64,000 nt of DNA from Chrysomallon squamiferum (Eukaryota > Animalia > Mollusca), in NCBI GenBank assembly GCA_012295275.1, contig CM022670.1, positions 3,348,001-3,412,000 of the forward strand, given 5' to 3'. How positions within the stretch are numbered: position 1 is the first letter of the stretch; each line of letters starts with the position of its first letter. A model generated the notes under the pieces. The model saw only the letters and a program-made list of their open reading frames with translations, did no database searches and had not been told where the DNA came from. Shown here piece after piece: positions 13,849-30,644 of the stretch. Made by a program: the position numbers and the translations under genes.

Positions 13849-16110
13849 TACAATCAATGAATAATTGTTTAACAGTTTATTTTACATTATCATGTAAAAT
13901 AAAATGTAAAATAATAATAATAATAATAATAATTCAAAAACAAAAACAAAAATAAATCCCCAAAACATCCAGCTCTGCTTTAATTATGACGTGAGATTAT
14001 TCTCCAGGAGTCACTGTCACCGATTATCAACAAAATATTTAAATTTTCCCACAAACACTAAAACATATACTACAGCTTTGATAACGAGTCATGCAGCTCT
14101 AATTGGAATGGGTATGAATCCATCTGACCCAGTGATGAAGGTTGATCCGGCAACATCACGCACGAAGCCAGCGATTTGACCATTTAGTTAGTTACACTTT
14201 TATTTCAAGTTCATTACAGCAAGCTCAACTTTACCTGGGCATTGTGAAGATAATAATTACAATTTACAAAAACAGCAAGCATAAAGGGAAATATTTATTC
14301 AACTAAAATCTGGTTTTTGTTGAAAAAAACACAAAAAAAACAACTTTTAATTATGTTTTCTGATAAGAGTTTTTCAGGTGATGAGAAAAAAATTAATCAA
14401 TATCAAACCATTAGAGACCTAATTTGTTGTCTTTTATTGTGACAGGTGAAAATGAATGTCCGACAGTTCATTAGCAAAGTCACCCGAGATGCACATGTGG
14501 TTGCACACTAGTAATGAAACAGCGCTAATTTCAATGGTGGAAGTGGTTTTCGGATGTGGGTGTTTGTATGAACTGATGGATGTGTGTGCGTATCAGAAAT
14601 GTACTTGTATTTATACACGTGTAGATGAGTGTTAAGTATGAAATGCATGTATAATAAAGAACGAAAGCCGACCCGAAAGTTAGAATAATTAGAATTAAAC
14701 TTTGTCAGTAGATAACTAATTAAAGCATATCTGTATGGAGAAAATTAAATCGACAGGAAAAGTTCGAGTAATTACGATGTAGATATGCACTCCATATATC
14801 ATTAGTTATAATAATGTTGGAAGCCAAATTGTTATTAATAATAATATCAGTAGTTGTAGTAGTAATAGTAGTAGTAGTAGTAGCAGCAGGAGGAGGAGAA
14901 GTAGTAGTAATAAACGACGTAGCAGCAGTAGTAATAGCAGTGGTTGGTGTAGTAGCGACAGTTTTAGTGAGAGTAAGAGTAGTAATAGTTTATTACTTCT
15001 GTAAATGTAGTAGAAATTATCATCCTCGTCGTTCACATTTCTGTTTTACTTTAACACACAAAAACTGCAGTCGTGAATCAATGCTAACTTCTCACTAATT
15101 AGCTAATCAGAGCAGCTGAAAGGTGAGAACACCTGTATTATTGAAAACACCGCTAACAGTGATGCCGTGGAAAAAGACCCTGACACTAACATGCAATTGT
15201 AAGCTTCGCATGACATTTAGCGCACTGCTGTGGATATTAACAGATTAACACCACGACAACACGACGCTACTAATGAGCCACGGCAGATATGTCAAAGTTC
15301 ACGAGAAAAGAGAACGTAATATTTTTTACGTTTTATTAGATTTCATTCGACTTGACGTTTTGCTTGAGAGTTACCGTATTTAAATAAATTAATTAACAGT
15401 GGTAGGTGTAGTGGCAGTATTAATAGTAGCCGTAGAAGTAGATGTAATGGAGCAACGGTACTGGTGTGGTAGTACATGGTGTATATAGAAATACTTGTTG
15501 CATTAATGTAATAGTACTGGTAATTATAGCAGTAGCACATTTATTACATTTCTTTTTCTTTTCGATATTTTGAAATCATCTTTGACCAACGTTAATTTGT
15601 TTTGAGTTTTCTGACAAATACTATCATTCGTGTTAGCCACCATATATGTTGTTTACAGCGTTATTAATAACATGACATCATGGTCAGCCATGAGTAAGAG
15701 TTTTCAAGCAATCACGTGACGAGCGAGAAAAAAAAAGAATAAAAAATTAAATTTACATCAGTACGTGGGTAAAATATGTAAGCAATGCTAAGGGATAAAC
15801 CGCCACATATTTCATCCAATGTTGTTTGTTTAAAGGGAATAAAAAAATTAAATTAAAAAAAATAAAGTTTTATTGCTAGGATGTTTTCTCTCGTGTTAAC
15901 TGATTGCCGGTTTTGAGATGGCGTAATGATCACCATGGTTCAGCCCACCTCGTCAGCGATCTTAGAGGCCGTTTAACATCCAGTTCGTAGCTACTGGCTG
16001 TCTTCATCTTCTGAAATACGATGCCGAATTTTTTTTTTTTTTTTTTTGTGCGATGGTGATGATTAGAATGCCTACAAATAAACACGTTGAATGGCTATGT
16101 AGGATCCGGT

Positions 16111-16154
16111 CTGAAAGTTCTTTCGTTATTATTTCTTTATAACTTTATATCGTC

Positions 16155-16230
<76 letters not shown>
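16111..16230 (+). repeat. 50-bp motif plus (CT)n, copy 1 (copy 2 at 18197-18324)
   Basis: CTGAAAGTTC(T/C)TTCGTTATTATTTCTTTATAACTTTATATCGTCATAATC followed by (CT)n. The two copies differ at one position in 50. Confidence 0.85.
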
Positions 16231-16234
<4 letters not shown>

Positions 16235-16910
16235 TTTGATACAATTTTAGTCACAGTACACATTGTAATATCAATTTAAATCACTAAAATTTAAGCATTT
16301 AGTAATGGCGGTGTTTTCAAAACACCATGATTTTCCAAAACAATAAATAACATTTATTCTATAATTTGCCTTCTCCGTATCATAAAACTTTTAACGATTT
16401 ACAAAGCAAGAAAATGTTATGGTTTTTTTTTTTGTTGTTGTTGTTGTTGTTTTTGTTTTGTTTTGTTTTTAAATAAAATTAAATAAATTTAATAAAACAC
16501 ATTACACACACAGACACATACATATTCACACACATATACAAATATTATATTTAAATACATCTTATGGCACCTTCATATCGGAAATTATTCAATCATACTT
16601 AAAAAAGAAAAGAAATAGTGGGTTGTGTTTTCTTCCGCGCATTAATACAGGGATATCTATTTGTTGTGAACCGGCAAATAACACAGCAGTGTGAGTAGGT
16701 CAGGCCTTGTGTAAGTGTGAATGGAAAGTGCACAGTTCATACCTGCAGATGTCTCTTGCTTTATTACAACGCTACTCAAAAGCAGATGGCAAATACATTT
16801 TGTTGTTGATATTTTTTCTTTCTTTCTTTTTCTTTTTAAATGGTTGGAATACATTTAAATGGTTGTCTGACATAAACAGAAGAATCAATGCATGTATATA
16901 AGTATGTATC

Positions 16911-17110
16911 TGAGGCGGATCCAGCTTTTCTGAAGAAGGGGGAGTCCATGACAAAAATGGCACCATATCATCATGTGTTAGGCACTATTGAAAAATTACA
17001 TACGCTTCACAGGGACCGTAATTTAACAGTGTTCTGTACATTGTCAGAAATTTCTAAAACACTGGAAAATCCTAAATAAAAGCCTTGGACCCCCTTCCAG
17101 ATCCTCCCCA
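16911..17110. mobile_element. Degenerate PIF/Harbinger-like MITE (about 200 bp)
   Basis: Left end TGAGGCGGATCCAG...GAAGGGGG and right end CCCCTTCCAGATCCTCCCCA form an imperfect inverted repeat (10/14). This resembles the common GGGGCGGATCCAG...CTGGATCCGCCCC MITE termini. No clear TSD. Confidence 0.45.
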
Positions 17111-17237
17111 GTGTATGTGTGTATACCTACACATTTGTATATGTATGCAACACATACATACCACCTAAATAGTGTTTTAGGTATTCTTTAAAAAGAATAT
17201 AGTAATAGTAGTAATAGTACCAGGAGCAGTAGCAGGA

Positions 17238-17304
<67 letters not shown>

Positions 17305-17353
17305 TAATAATAATAAAAACAATAATAATAATAATAAGATGATGATGATGATG

Positions 17354-17401
<48 letters not shown>

Positions 17402-17430
17402 GCTCCTGCTACTGCTCCTCATACTATTAC

Positions 17431-17478
<48 letters not shown>

Positions 17479-17783
17479 ATATAATTCCGTTTATAGCAAA
17501 TATAACATCTGAGGCTATAAAATCTTGTTAAACCGGTCTTGAAAACATCGAGACATGAATTCGAAAGATGAATCAGGCCTGTCAATGATTCATCTTTGCA
17601 GACGCAATGTAGTACGACTTTGTCGAAAAGAAAGGACGGCGTTACGTATAAGAAGTAACAATCACACAAAAACCGTTATAAGCATTGTGAATCTTCAAAC
17701 ACATTCCTATACACTTCATACGTAAAAACCGTCTTAGTAAAAGACGCAGCCGGTTTCGCTTTAACGAGTGCGCCGCGGAAGAA

Positions 17784-17908
17784 CACGTGAGTGCTGTTGT
17801 GTGACGAGGCAATAAATGCCCAGTGCTCGTTCGCCTGGTGAATCAGTCATTTGTGTTCGTCGACAGGGAAAGCAGAAAGCAGCCGTGTGAAAAACATCCT
17901 TGTGTGGG
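17784..17908 (+). promoter_or_regulatory. Probable core promoter and non-coding exon 1 of the beta-thymosin gene
   Basis: CpG-rich stretch with E-box CACGTG (17784), TGACG (17802), TATA-like AATAAAT (17811), Inr TCAGTC (17843, A about 34 nt after the TATA-like element) and a donor GGG|GTAAGA at 17909. A matching acceptor AAG|G lies at 18814/18815, 14 nt before the ATG. Confidence 0.6.
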
Positions 17909-17996
17909 GTAAGATATCAGACTGTGTAAAATGTCCTTACTGGGGTATAAAATTATTCTGTTTTATGTTTAGGCAAAATAAAATATTTGAATAACA

Positions 17997-18027
<31 letters not shown>

Positions 18028-18196
18028 CATCAGGAAAATGTTTATCATATTTATATAATTATTTATATTTTGTTTAAAAAAAAAAGGGTACAACGATTTA
18101 AATACCAGTGTTTAATATATCTAGTAAGCTATTTATTCGTTCTTTTAAATTATTTTATTCACTGTACTTAAATAATAAGAATAATAATAATAATAA

Positions 18197-18245
18197 CTGA
18201 AAGTTCCTTCGTTATTATTTCTTTATAACTTTATATCGTCATAAT

Positions 18246-18324
<79 letters not shown>
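18197..18324 (+). repeat. 50-bp motif plus (CT)n, copy 2
   Basis: Near-identical to 16111-16230; lies in the predicted first intron of the thymosin gene. Confidence 0.85.
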
Positions 18325-18327
<3 letters not shown>

Positions 18328-18573
18328 CTCATAATAATCTTCTCTTTATTCCTTTCTTTTTCTTTTCTTTTCTTTTCATTCTTACTTTTTCTAAATTTGC
18401 ATTTTTGAATTGTTGTCTGATGCTGCTCTAGGAGTAGACACCAATTTGTTTGAACTGTTTCATTGATTTGTTTGGTCTGTTCCACCGTATAGAGATGTCT
18501 GGTTTGCATCCTTATAAAATTTGCTTCAGTTATTTGATGGATCAATAAAGGCTTGTATCTGTTGCCATAATAG

Positions 18574-21351
<2,778 letters not shown>

Positions 21352-22882
21352 AGCCAGCTTCTTTGTACCATCCATCAACTTTATTCTTATTTCGCTTGTC
21401 ATTTTCGGTTGGAAAAAGGAATCATGTTATCAAACCACGAAGAACAACAGTGGGACATGTCAGTGCGCAATGTACGCGAATGTGAAAAATCGGTTAACTT
21501 TTGTGAAAAATGTGCTCTTTATAGTAATTCCATTATCAACCTTGCTCACATTGTGAATTTCTGTTTCCAATTTGATTAATAATAATTAAAAAAAAAAAAA
21601 AAAATTCATTTTCGAGCCGATCTATTCGCTCGATTATGTAAGAAGTGCGGATTTTGTTTTGTTTGGTTGTTTTTTGTTTGTTTTTTTCGTTTTTGTTGCT
21701 TTTTTTCATTTACAAGCTTCGATATTTATTTATAGCTTTAAAAAAACATTCTAAAGAGATTTTCGATTATTTGGAAATAGATAAACAAGCCATAACGTTA
21801 AATATTGAACTTACGTGGAATAATTTCATTATTTTATATCTACATATATAAATATATTTTATTAAATGTATCGTTGGCTATAAAGGTGTAATGTATTTCG
21901 CTATAACGATTTAATATTTATTTTATATTATCAGACAGTATTTTGAAATGAACAGTGTCAAACGTGGATTGTTTTTACAGAATACTAACTGGTCTCTGGG
22001 TAATATTTATCCCAGGAGATTCGATCCCAAGACCCAGCCAACTTCTGTCAGACACATTTAGCCATCTAAATTTAATCAATTCTGTAAATATCTAGATGAA
22101 TGTTTTTTTTTTAACTTCAAAATATTTAGATATTATTTAGTTAGTTAGTTAGCTAGTTGCTTCGTTAGTTAGTTGGTAACTTGGTTGGTTATATTTTATT
22201 TTCATATTTTATCACTGAATTTTAAATTATCATTTCTATTAAGATTTTGCTAACTTTATTCAGTAAGGCGTTCACACAAGTAGTGCTAAATTTGCCGTTC
22301 AACCCAACCATGCGTTTTAACCATTAATAATTCATGTTTTTTATAATCGTGATCTATTTTTAGACAGTTTTTGTGTTCACAATATAACAGAAAAAGAGAA
22401 ACTCAGCTTACACTATGGTTCTTCTACATGCGGCAGCGATAAAATCATTTTTTAAGGTTCTTATTTTGTTTAATTTTGTTTAATTTTTTTATTTTTTTTT
22501 ATTTATAAACACGGTGTTTAAGATCAGTGAAATTAGAGAAGAAAAAAAAAAAAAGTAGTAAGAGGAAAGGAACATCAGTAGAAAAATGTTGTCTTTTTCA
22601 AACAGTAATATTTACTTACGGTTCACTTAGTTAATTCTAAACCTGGCTATGATGACTTCAAATGTCAAAGTAACCCAGGACAGAACGTTCACGTTAGAAA
22701 ACAGTTTTGTGTATTTCAAGATTTACTCTGTTTTGGCAGGCGTTCCAAGGAGATGACACTTCAGACATTTCAGAATGTCAGAAATTAAGAGAGAGAGAAA
22801 AAAAAAAAAAAAACACACACACACAACTCAAAACTGGCGACACTAAAGTCTTAATATAAGGAGAAACAGCAGCGATCCCTGT

Positions 22883-22913
<31 letters not shown>

Positions 22914-24360
22914 TTCTGAATCATAAATTCGTTCTTATTTTATTTAAAATGTATGTAAGTTTAATTTAATAATCGTTGTTTAGGCTCCCGGATGTAACAA
23001 GGTGCGCGATGACCTGGGAATAAAAATCTTGAATCAGGGTCAAAAGAACATTCACATTCTCGCACTGCCATTTTTATACCTAACGATGTGTTTTTTTTTT
23101 TCTTCTTTGCGATAAAACTGATTTTATCCCGAAAACTGTGTCTGCCAAAATAATGGGCTAACTGCACCACGTACATCATTTTAATTAAAAACCAAACAAA
23201 CAAACAAACAAACAAACAAACAAGCAAACACAACAAAAAAAGACAAACGCAATCTGGCAATATTTCAATTTTCGTAATGCAGATTAAGCATTTATATACA
23301 TTTATAACAAGAGCGACAGTGGAACAGCCCAACCGTCAAGGCTGGACCAGGATTTCGAAACGAACTGACAAATTAACTCGTTCTCATCCGGATCGATGTA
23401 TGAAAGTGTGAACGTAGTAAACGCAATGAAAAGTCCTGACTGGCTGTGAACAACAGCTAGTGCGAGTGAGAATAACACTTTTAAAATAGATTTATCTCAG
23501 TGCAGAGTTATCGCGATGTCTTGCAACATGTTTCTGCTGTCTGCTGACATTGCAGAGATTTTTTTTTTCCTTGTGTACACAGAGAAAAATGCAAAGCAAA
23601 ACAAATAAAACAGTAGTAAAGGAGAGGAAAGTAATAATTATTGTATTTAATGCGTGTATTAATATAATAAAATAGAAAACTTTACTAGAACATGAATCAA
23701 CATGATGATTATACTTATTTGATTAGGATGTTCAATATAATGATAAATATTGTAATAATTTTAACAACACGACAACGTCAGCGTCAACAAAAGAAAGAAA
23801 AAAAGAACAACGACGACAACAACAACAACAACAATAATAATAATAATAATAAGTTACAGAACCTAAATCAACAAATCAAATGTCAGCCATGAAAATAACA
23901 ACAAGAGAACGACAACTGTAACAAAAATTTAATTAGACTTTAGTATTATCATTATCATCATCATCTTCATCATTATCATCATGTCTACTATATCACCAAA
24001 GTAAACAGAACACAACAAAAATCAAGTTTGCAACAGCTGAAATACTGAAGTTAAGAGAATAACGAGCCACAAATCATGCATATAATAATAATAAACAAAT
24101 AAATAATATAATAGTAAGTTTCGGATGTTTCCTTTGATTGTTTTATTTAGATTTTATGAAAACTAAATTACACGCTTTCACCGCTGTCGTTGAAAATAAT
24201 CAATACTGAAATCTGGATTGATTGATTAGATTCCACAAATATCTTTCACAGAAATGTTCTTAGTTATTAACATTCCAGAACTGTAAAAATAACAGTGCTT
24301 TAGGTTAAACACTTTCAAAGATATGTTTCGATGTTGTTAATATATGTTAAATATAAAAAT

Positions 24361-24432
<72 letters not shown>

Positions 24433-25324
24433 CAGCTATGTAAATGTGTGTGTGTGTGTGTGTGTATGTATATATATCAATTTCAGTATTACTTATACAT
24501 ATCCTATTCTTTGTTCTATGTTTATTCAATATTTCGTACCTATTTTGGCACAGTACTGTTACAGTGATGCCAAGCAAATTGTGGGGTTTTTTTTTTCATT
24601 CTTTTGGTTTTCTTTACGTTGCAGCAAGAATGATTTCAATGTACTGTCTAAATAATTAGGGAAATGATTCATCTTAATACATTTCAAGCGGTTTAATTTT
24701 CTAATTTTTTTTTTCTTATTATTATTATTATTTTTTTTGTATCTATTTTGTTATTTGTTATTTTTGTTTTTGTTTTTTATTTTTTATTTTTATTTTTATT
24801 TTTTATCTTTTTTTTTTCTCTGATTAATACAGAAATAGTTTTTGCATTTATTATTTTTATTTACTTACTTATTTGTTTATTAAGTTGTTTGTAGTCTTCA
24901 CGTACGTCTTCATTATGCAGTAAACAAACAAACAAACAATCGAAAAATTACTCATGCGAGCGGCTCTTTTAATCGTCATCATGACGAATGTGCTGAATAT
25001 TTCTCAATTCACTTTATTTATAGATTTATACATATAAATATACAAAGGTAAAATAACATTAAAGGATTCATTCTTTTGACAGAGACCTGTGTATGCTAGT
25101 TTCTTCCTTCATAATTCACATGCAGGGCAGTAATGCATGACGCAACATAAAAGTCTCTCAAGAGTTACGTTACATGCATAATAACGAGTTTTCACTTAGA
25201 AACGTAATGTTACTTTATTACTTTGTTGCTCTAACTGCCAAAAATAGATCTTACTGTTACTTCTTAGGCGGACCCGACTGAACCAAACTATCTTATTTAT
25301 ATGTATGTATATACATTATATGAT

Positions 25325-25680
25325 CATACATACGTAAATACCTACATGCATAGTAACATACATATATAAATACATACATACATACATACAAACATACATA
25401 CACACATACATACATACATATATACATACATACAAACATACATACATACATAAAAACACACATACACACATACATACATACATACATATGTACATACATA
25501 CATACAAACATATATACATACATACATACACACATACATACATACATACATAAATACATAGATACATACATACACATACATATAAACATATATACACATA
25601 CATATATGTACATACATACATACATACACACATACATACATACATACATAAATACATAGATACGTACATACAAACATCGT
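25325..25680. repeat. Compound (TACA)n microsatellite
   Basis: Long imperfect CATA/TACA array. It accounts for the MYVCMYVC-type ORFs on the minus strand. Confidence 0.9.
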
Positions 25681-26268
25681 CCATAAATACATGCATAAAT
25701 ACAGACATCTACCTTTATGTACAATCATATTGAATGCATGAATTTAATATAGCTTATTTACATGTCTATTATTAATCTTATCAGATAGTTCCCTGTGTAT
25801 TCGTTTATATGTTTGTAAGTATACAACAGATATGCGAGGTTACTACGACTCTGTATATTTTCTTTGGGGAGTTTATGATTCACTCAAGTGCAAATTTAAA
25901 AGTCTGTTTAATTTATTTTTGCCTTAAGGTAAATCAGATACAGGGAAGTCAATGACAGACGAGAACAAACTATCATTCATTCGTTCTTCGAACGCAAAAA
26001 AAAAACAGTTCCAACTTTCAGCGTGTACGTAATTATGTCTTAATCACACAGAAGGGTGGGGAACTGTTACGTTAACTTGTTTACTGATTAACGAATCAGC
26101 CTCGTTTTCTAAGTTTCTGAAACAACAGTTTTACTGGATTTTAATTTATTTATATTTCCCCTTTGACCTTTTTGTATTTGCCAATAAAACACGTTATGCT
26201 AAAGTTACTCATATGTCTGTGATGCTGAGAAATAAGAGGCAGGAATTTAAAGGAAAAATAGAAAAAAC

Positions 26269-26368
<100 letters not shown>

Positions 26369-26533
26369 GTAATATTTAGAAGGAAGCAGAATAATGTTGG
26401 AATGTGGGTATTAAAATAACAGGGTAGCAGGAAGAAAGAGTAATAAATAAAAAGATATAAATCAAGGAAGGAAAACACTGAAGGAAGTAATATTTGTTTA
26501 GAAAAAAATAAGGATGTGTATGCGGGTAACTGA

Positions 26534-26618
<85 letters not shown>

Positions 26619-27239
26619 GTGAAAAGTTAGGCGTGTGTAAAATAGAGAAACAAAGTATGAGTATTTATATGTTTGTGTGCATATGGAGAGAGAGCTACAG
26701 TCATAAAGTTTTCATTAATTAAATATTTTTAAACAGATTTTATAATATATGTTAATTTTTATATATATTTTCGGATACATTCGTTTATTTTGATTTAAAA
26801 GACATTTTTACTCATTTAAAAAAAAAAATAATAAAAAAAAAATATATATATATTTATATTCACAATAACACAAAAGATTAAATGATCCGTAGAGGCCCGG
26901 AAACAAAAAAAAAAAAAAAAAAAAAAAATTAAGAAAAGAAAGAAAGAGCAAGACAAATGAGAAAATGTACTACAAGTTATCACACAGCAATAAATTATTA
27001 AAGTTCAGGTCAAATATCTTCCTGATAGATATGTTTGTGTGCAAGTCAAATAAACGATAGCGTAAATAGAACGGAACATGGTGTCAATTTGCGCTTAGTT
27101 CTACTTAGCTATTGACGGAAACACATGGATTAACGTTATCATTCGAGGTCATGTGCACATACTGAAGTCCACAAACTCAGGACACACTGGCAGAAATATT
27201 ATCACAGTTTTATTATAAAAATGTGAAGCTGCTGACAGG

Positions 27240-28442
27240 ATACTGAGACACAGATACACCCAGACAAACATTCACACAAGCACCCAGACAAAACACACAC
27301 ACACACACACAAACACGTAGACACACAGTAACACACATACAGACAACATTCAGGAATACATACACACATGCATTCATCTATTTATACATACATACATTAA
27401 TACATACACAGATACATACATACATACATACATCATACATAGATACATACATACTCATAATATATAAACACAGAAACACAGGAAGCAAAATAGGATATTG
27501 GCACAAATCTAACGACTGCACTGTCGGTTTGCTCATACATACAAATAAAGTCACTATTTGTTACTAATAAACAAGCCTACTTTTTACAAACGTAGAGAGA
27601 AAAAAGCAAAATAAACAGTCATGAGGCTGAAAAAAAATAATGACCATATTAAGCTTTCTGAATTCAAAGAGGTCAGATTACTTCCTTTTTCGATGAAAAA
27701 AAACAACATGCCAGCTTATTCATAGAGAGACACATTCATTTTGTTGAGCAGTTAATTTTTTGTTTGATCCTAACAAATGTAATTTATAAAAGGGAAATGG
27801 TATATTTTAATGTGGGGTATACATAACGGATATTTGTAAAAAAAAAAAAATAAAAAATAAAATAGATTTTCAAAAAACATTGTTTCATTCTGATAGATGT
27901 GATTTATATAAAAGGGATATCATATTTTAAAATTTAGAATCTTCTCGATTTGATTGAAGATATATCGGTAAATGTAATAGCAACGAGAAGACACTATAAA
28001 GCGGAGACACAAATACTAGTATATATACTAGACTGATAGAGAGACTGGAAAAAGAGAGAGCAGAGATAGAAAGAGATTGAGAAAGAAGAAGAAGAAGAAG
28101 AAACACAACAAAGAGGGAGAGAAAGAGAGAGGGGAAAAATAAGTGAGAGAGGAGATAGAGACATCCATCATCAAGTCGTGTGTGTCAGTTTAACTAACAA
28201 ATTTTAATTAATTATTTAATTAATTAATATCTATAGTGACTAAGGTGCATATTGTGTATTACTTCTTAGCATAACTAATTAGTTTCCTATCCGGTAAATA
28301 ATCAATAATAACGAAGACAAAGAAAGAAAAACGTTCCTTTCTCTTTACTTGATGTAAAAAACGATAAGTTAATTAATAAAACGTACGTCACGCTGTTGGA
28401 CTTGAATTACAAACATTAATACGAATTTACCTAGGAGTGCTG
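27240..28442 (+). repeat. Diverged direct duplication, copy A (copy B at ~63120-64000)
   Basis: Collinear shared blocks: ACTGCACTGTCGG, AGCCTACTTTTT, GTCATGAGG, GCTTATTCATAGAG(A/G)GACACATTCATTTTGTTGAGCA, TTTTTGTTTGATC(C/G)TAACAAATGTAATTTATA, AGACTGATAGAGAGAC, ATTAATACGAATTTA(C/T)CTAGGA. Confidence 0.9.
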
Positions 28443-28621
28443 TTAACATAATCAATCAGTTACTTACATCAGCTATTTCAACAACTTTTTTTCAGAGGAA
28501 ATAGGGCAGAAAAACTATGTAATATTAATCCCTAGCTTTAAACATACGTAGACCTAATTCTAAACGACCTAGTATCAGTTTCCTTAATGTGTATATGTAA
28601 CGATGAACCGCATTATTTTCT

Positions 28622-28719
<98 letters not shown>

Positions 28720-30020
28720 ATGCATACACACACATACGTACATACATAAATACATGCATACATACATATACTGTCACAAATTCTTGCTAACAAATATTGC
28801 TATCTGGATTTCAGAAGTTAAGTGGGTTGGTCAAGAGCTTCCTCTTCCTCAGTTTCTCTCTTGCCTACATAAGTAAATGTGTCTTCTACGTAACACAGTC
28901 ACTTCTTTATTTTTATTTTTATTTTTGTTTTTATTTTACCAGGCGTCTTGTAAACTTTGTACCTTGACCTTGTGTTAAACTGCATTTTCCTTTCAATCAA
29001 CTTTTGGTGTACGATTTTCCCCTAACACTTCGTTAGATTTACGAAAGTTATCGAAATTTTGGCGTCTGTTTTTTTCCAAAGCTGTGGATAAACGCGTTCT
29101 AAAATCGATATTGATTGCTGTCTTTTTATCTTACCATTGTATTGATTTTTTTGCAGTTAATAATCGTACTTTTTGCTCAACTTTTCCGATATTTTATTAA
29201 CTGCAAAGCTGGTGTCCATATCACAGTGATTTTCTTTAAGAGGCTGTTGGCAAATTACTGCCAGTCAAGAGGAAGGGGTTAACTTAGTCATGTTGCTATC
29301 TGTACCAGAAGGAAATTGAATCTGATTATATACGTCGTAAATATTTTATATACAGATCACAAGATAACCGTTATTTGGTGTAATATGTAACAATTTGTTA
29401 ATAAATATCCATTGCATTTAGTATGTGGATATATATTATTTTTACACAACATAAGTATTGTATTATTAAAAAATTAATAAATTAATTATTGTAGCTGCCG
29501 TTTGTTGTCGTTGTATTTTTTTTATAGCGGTGGTTGTTGTTGTTTTTGTTAAGTTACTTGTTACTTTCACGTATCTTTATTTTGCTAGTAAAATTCCACT
29601 ATTAATGAAACAGGCAGGTACATATCATATAATTAAAACTTAAATTAGAAGAAACAAAATATATATATATATGAAAAATACTTTTGAACAAGTCTACTGA
29701 AGCGAGCAATTGTATTCTTGACATGTAAATAAATAATGTACAAACAAGCAAATAAAATAAATACGTTAAGGTTATAAGAGTTATGTCCCTTATTACATCG
29801 CGCATGACAGATGTCAAACTGACGATTATAATTATGTACATCGTATCAGTATACAAATTTTGTTTAGTACATAAATTACAGAGAATATTATCACCATATT
29901 TCTTTTTCTTTCTTTCTTTATTTATTATATTCTTCTTCTTCTTCTTCATCTCTACTGATTTTTAAATTTTATTTTATTTTATTTTATATTTATTTATTTT
30001 TATAAATTTACGTATTTATG

Positions 30021-30104
<84 letters not shown>

Positions 30105-30644
30105 TGTTTACGTGAGTGTAAGTATAGTGTGTGCATGTATGCATATATTTGTGTATATATTTTTACGTAGCTATAATATTTTTGTATGTAGCTTTGTATA
30201 CATATCTAGATGGGCTTTTCTCTCTATGGATCTGTGCATATCAATATGCATGTAAATATTGCTGTGTATGTGAGTGTGTGTGTATGTATATATATATATA
30301 TATATATATATTATCTGTGTTTCTATCTAGTCTTCAGTTACTAAGTTCATTGATTCGTTCTGTTGTTGAAGTTATTAACCAAAAGTTCATTCGTTCGTAA
30401 GATTTTAGATGACAAAAATGATACCCGTTAAACACGGACATTCTTGAGTGCCCTGCAGGTGAAAAAGGGGTGCAACGTATTTATTTCTACTCAGCAAAGC
30501 GAAGAGATAAAAGCTTTTTGGATAAGATCTTCAGGTTATACACCGTCCATCTAATGTCCAGCAGTAACAAGATCTTAGATTGTTTAATTTTGTGACAGTT
30601 GTATGACCATTTGATTTAAACATCTGACAGAGAGGCATGCGAGT

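Noticed and set aside
14131-14180. C-box-like GTGATGA suggesting a C/D snoRNA; similar motifs at about 6758 and 11198
   Set aside because: No properly placed CTGA D box with a terminal stem and no recognisable rRNA complementarity.
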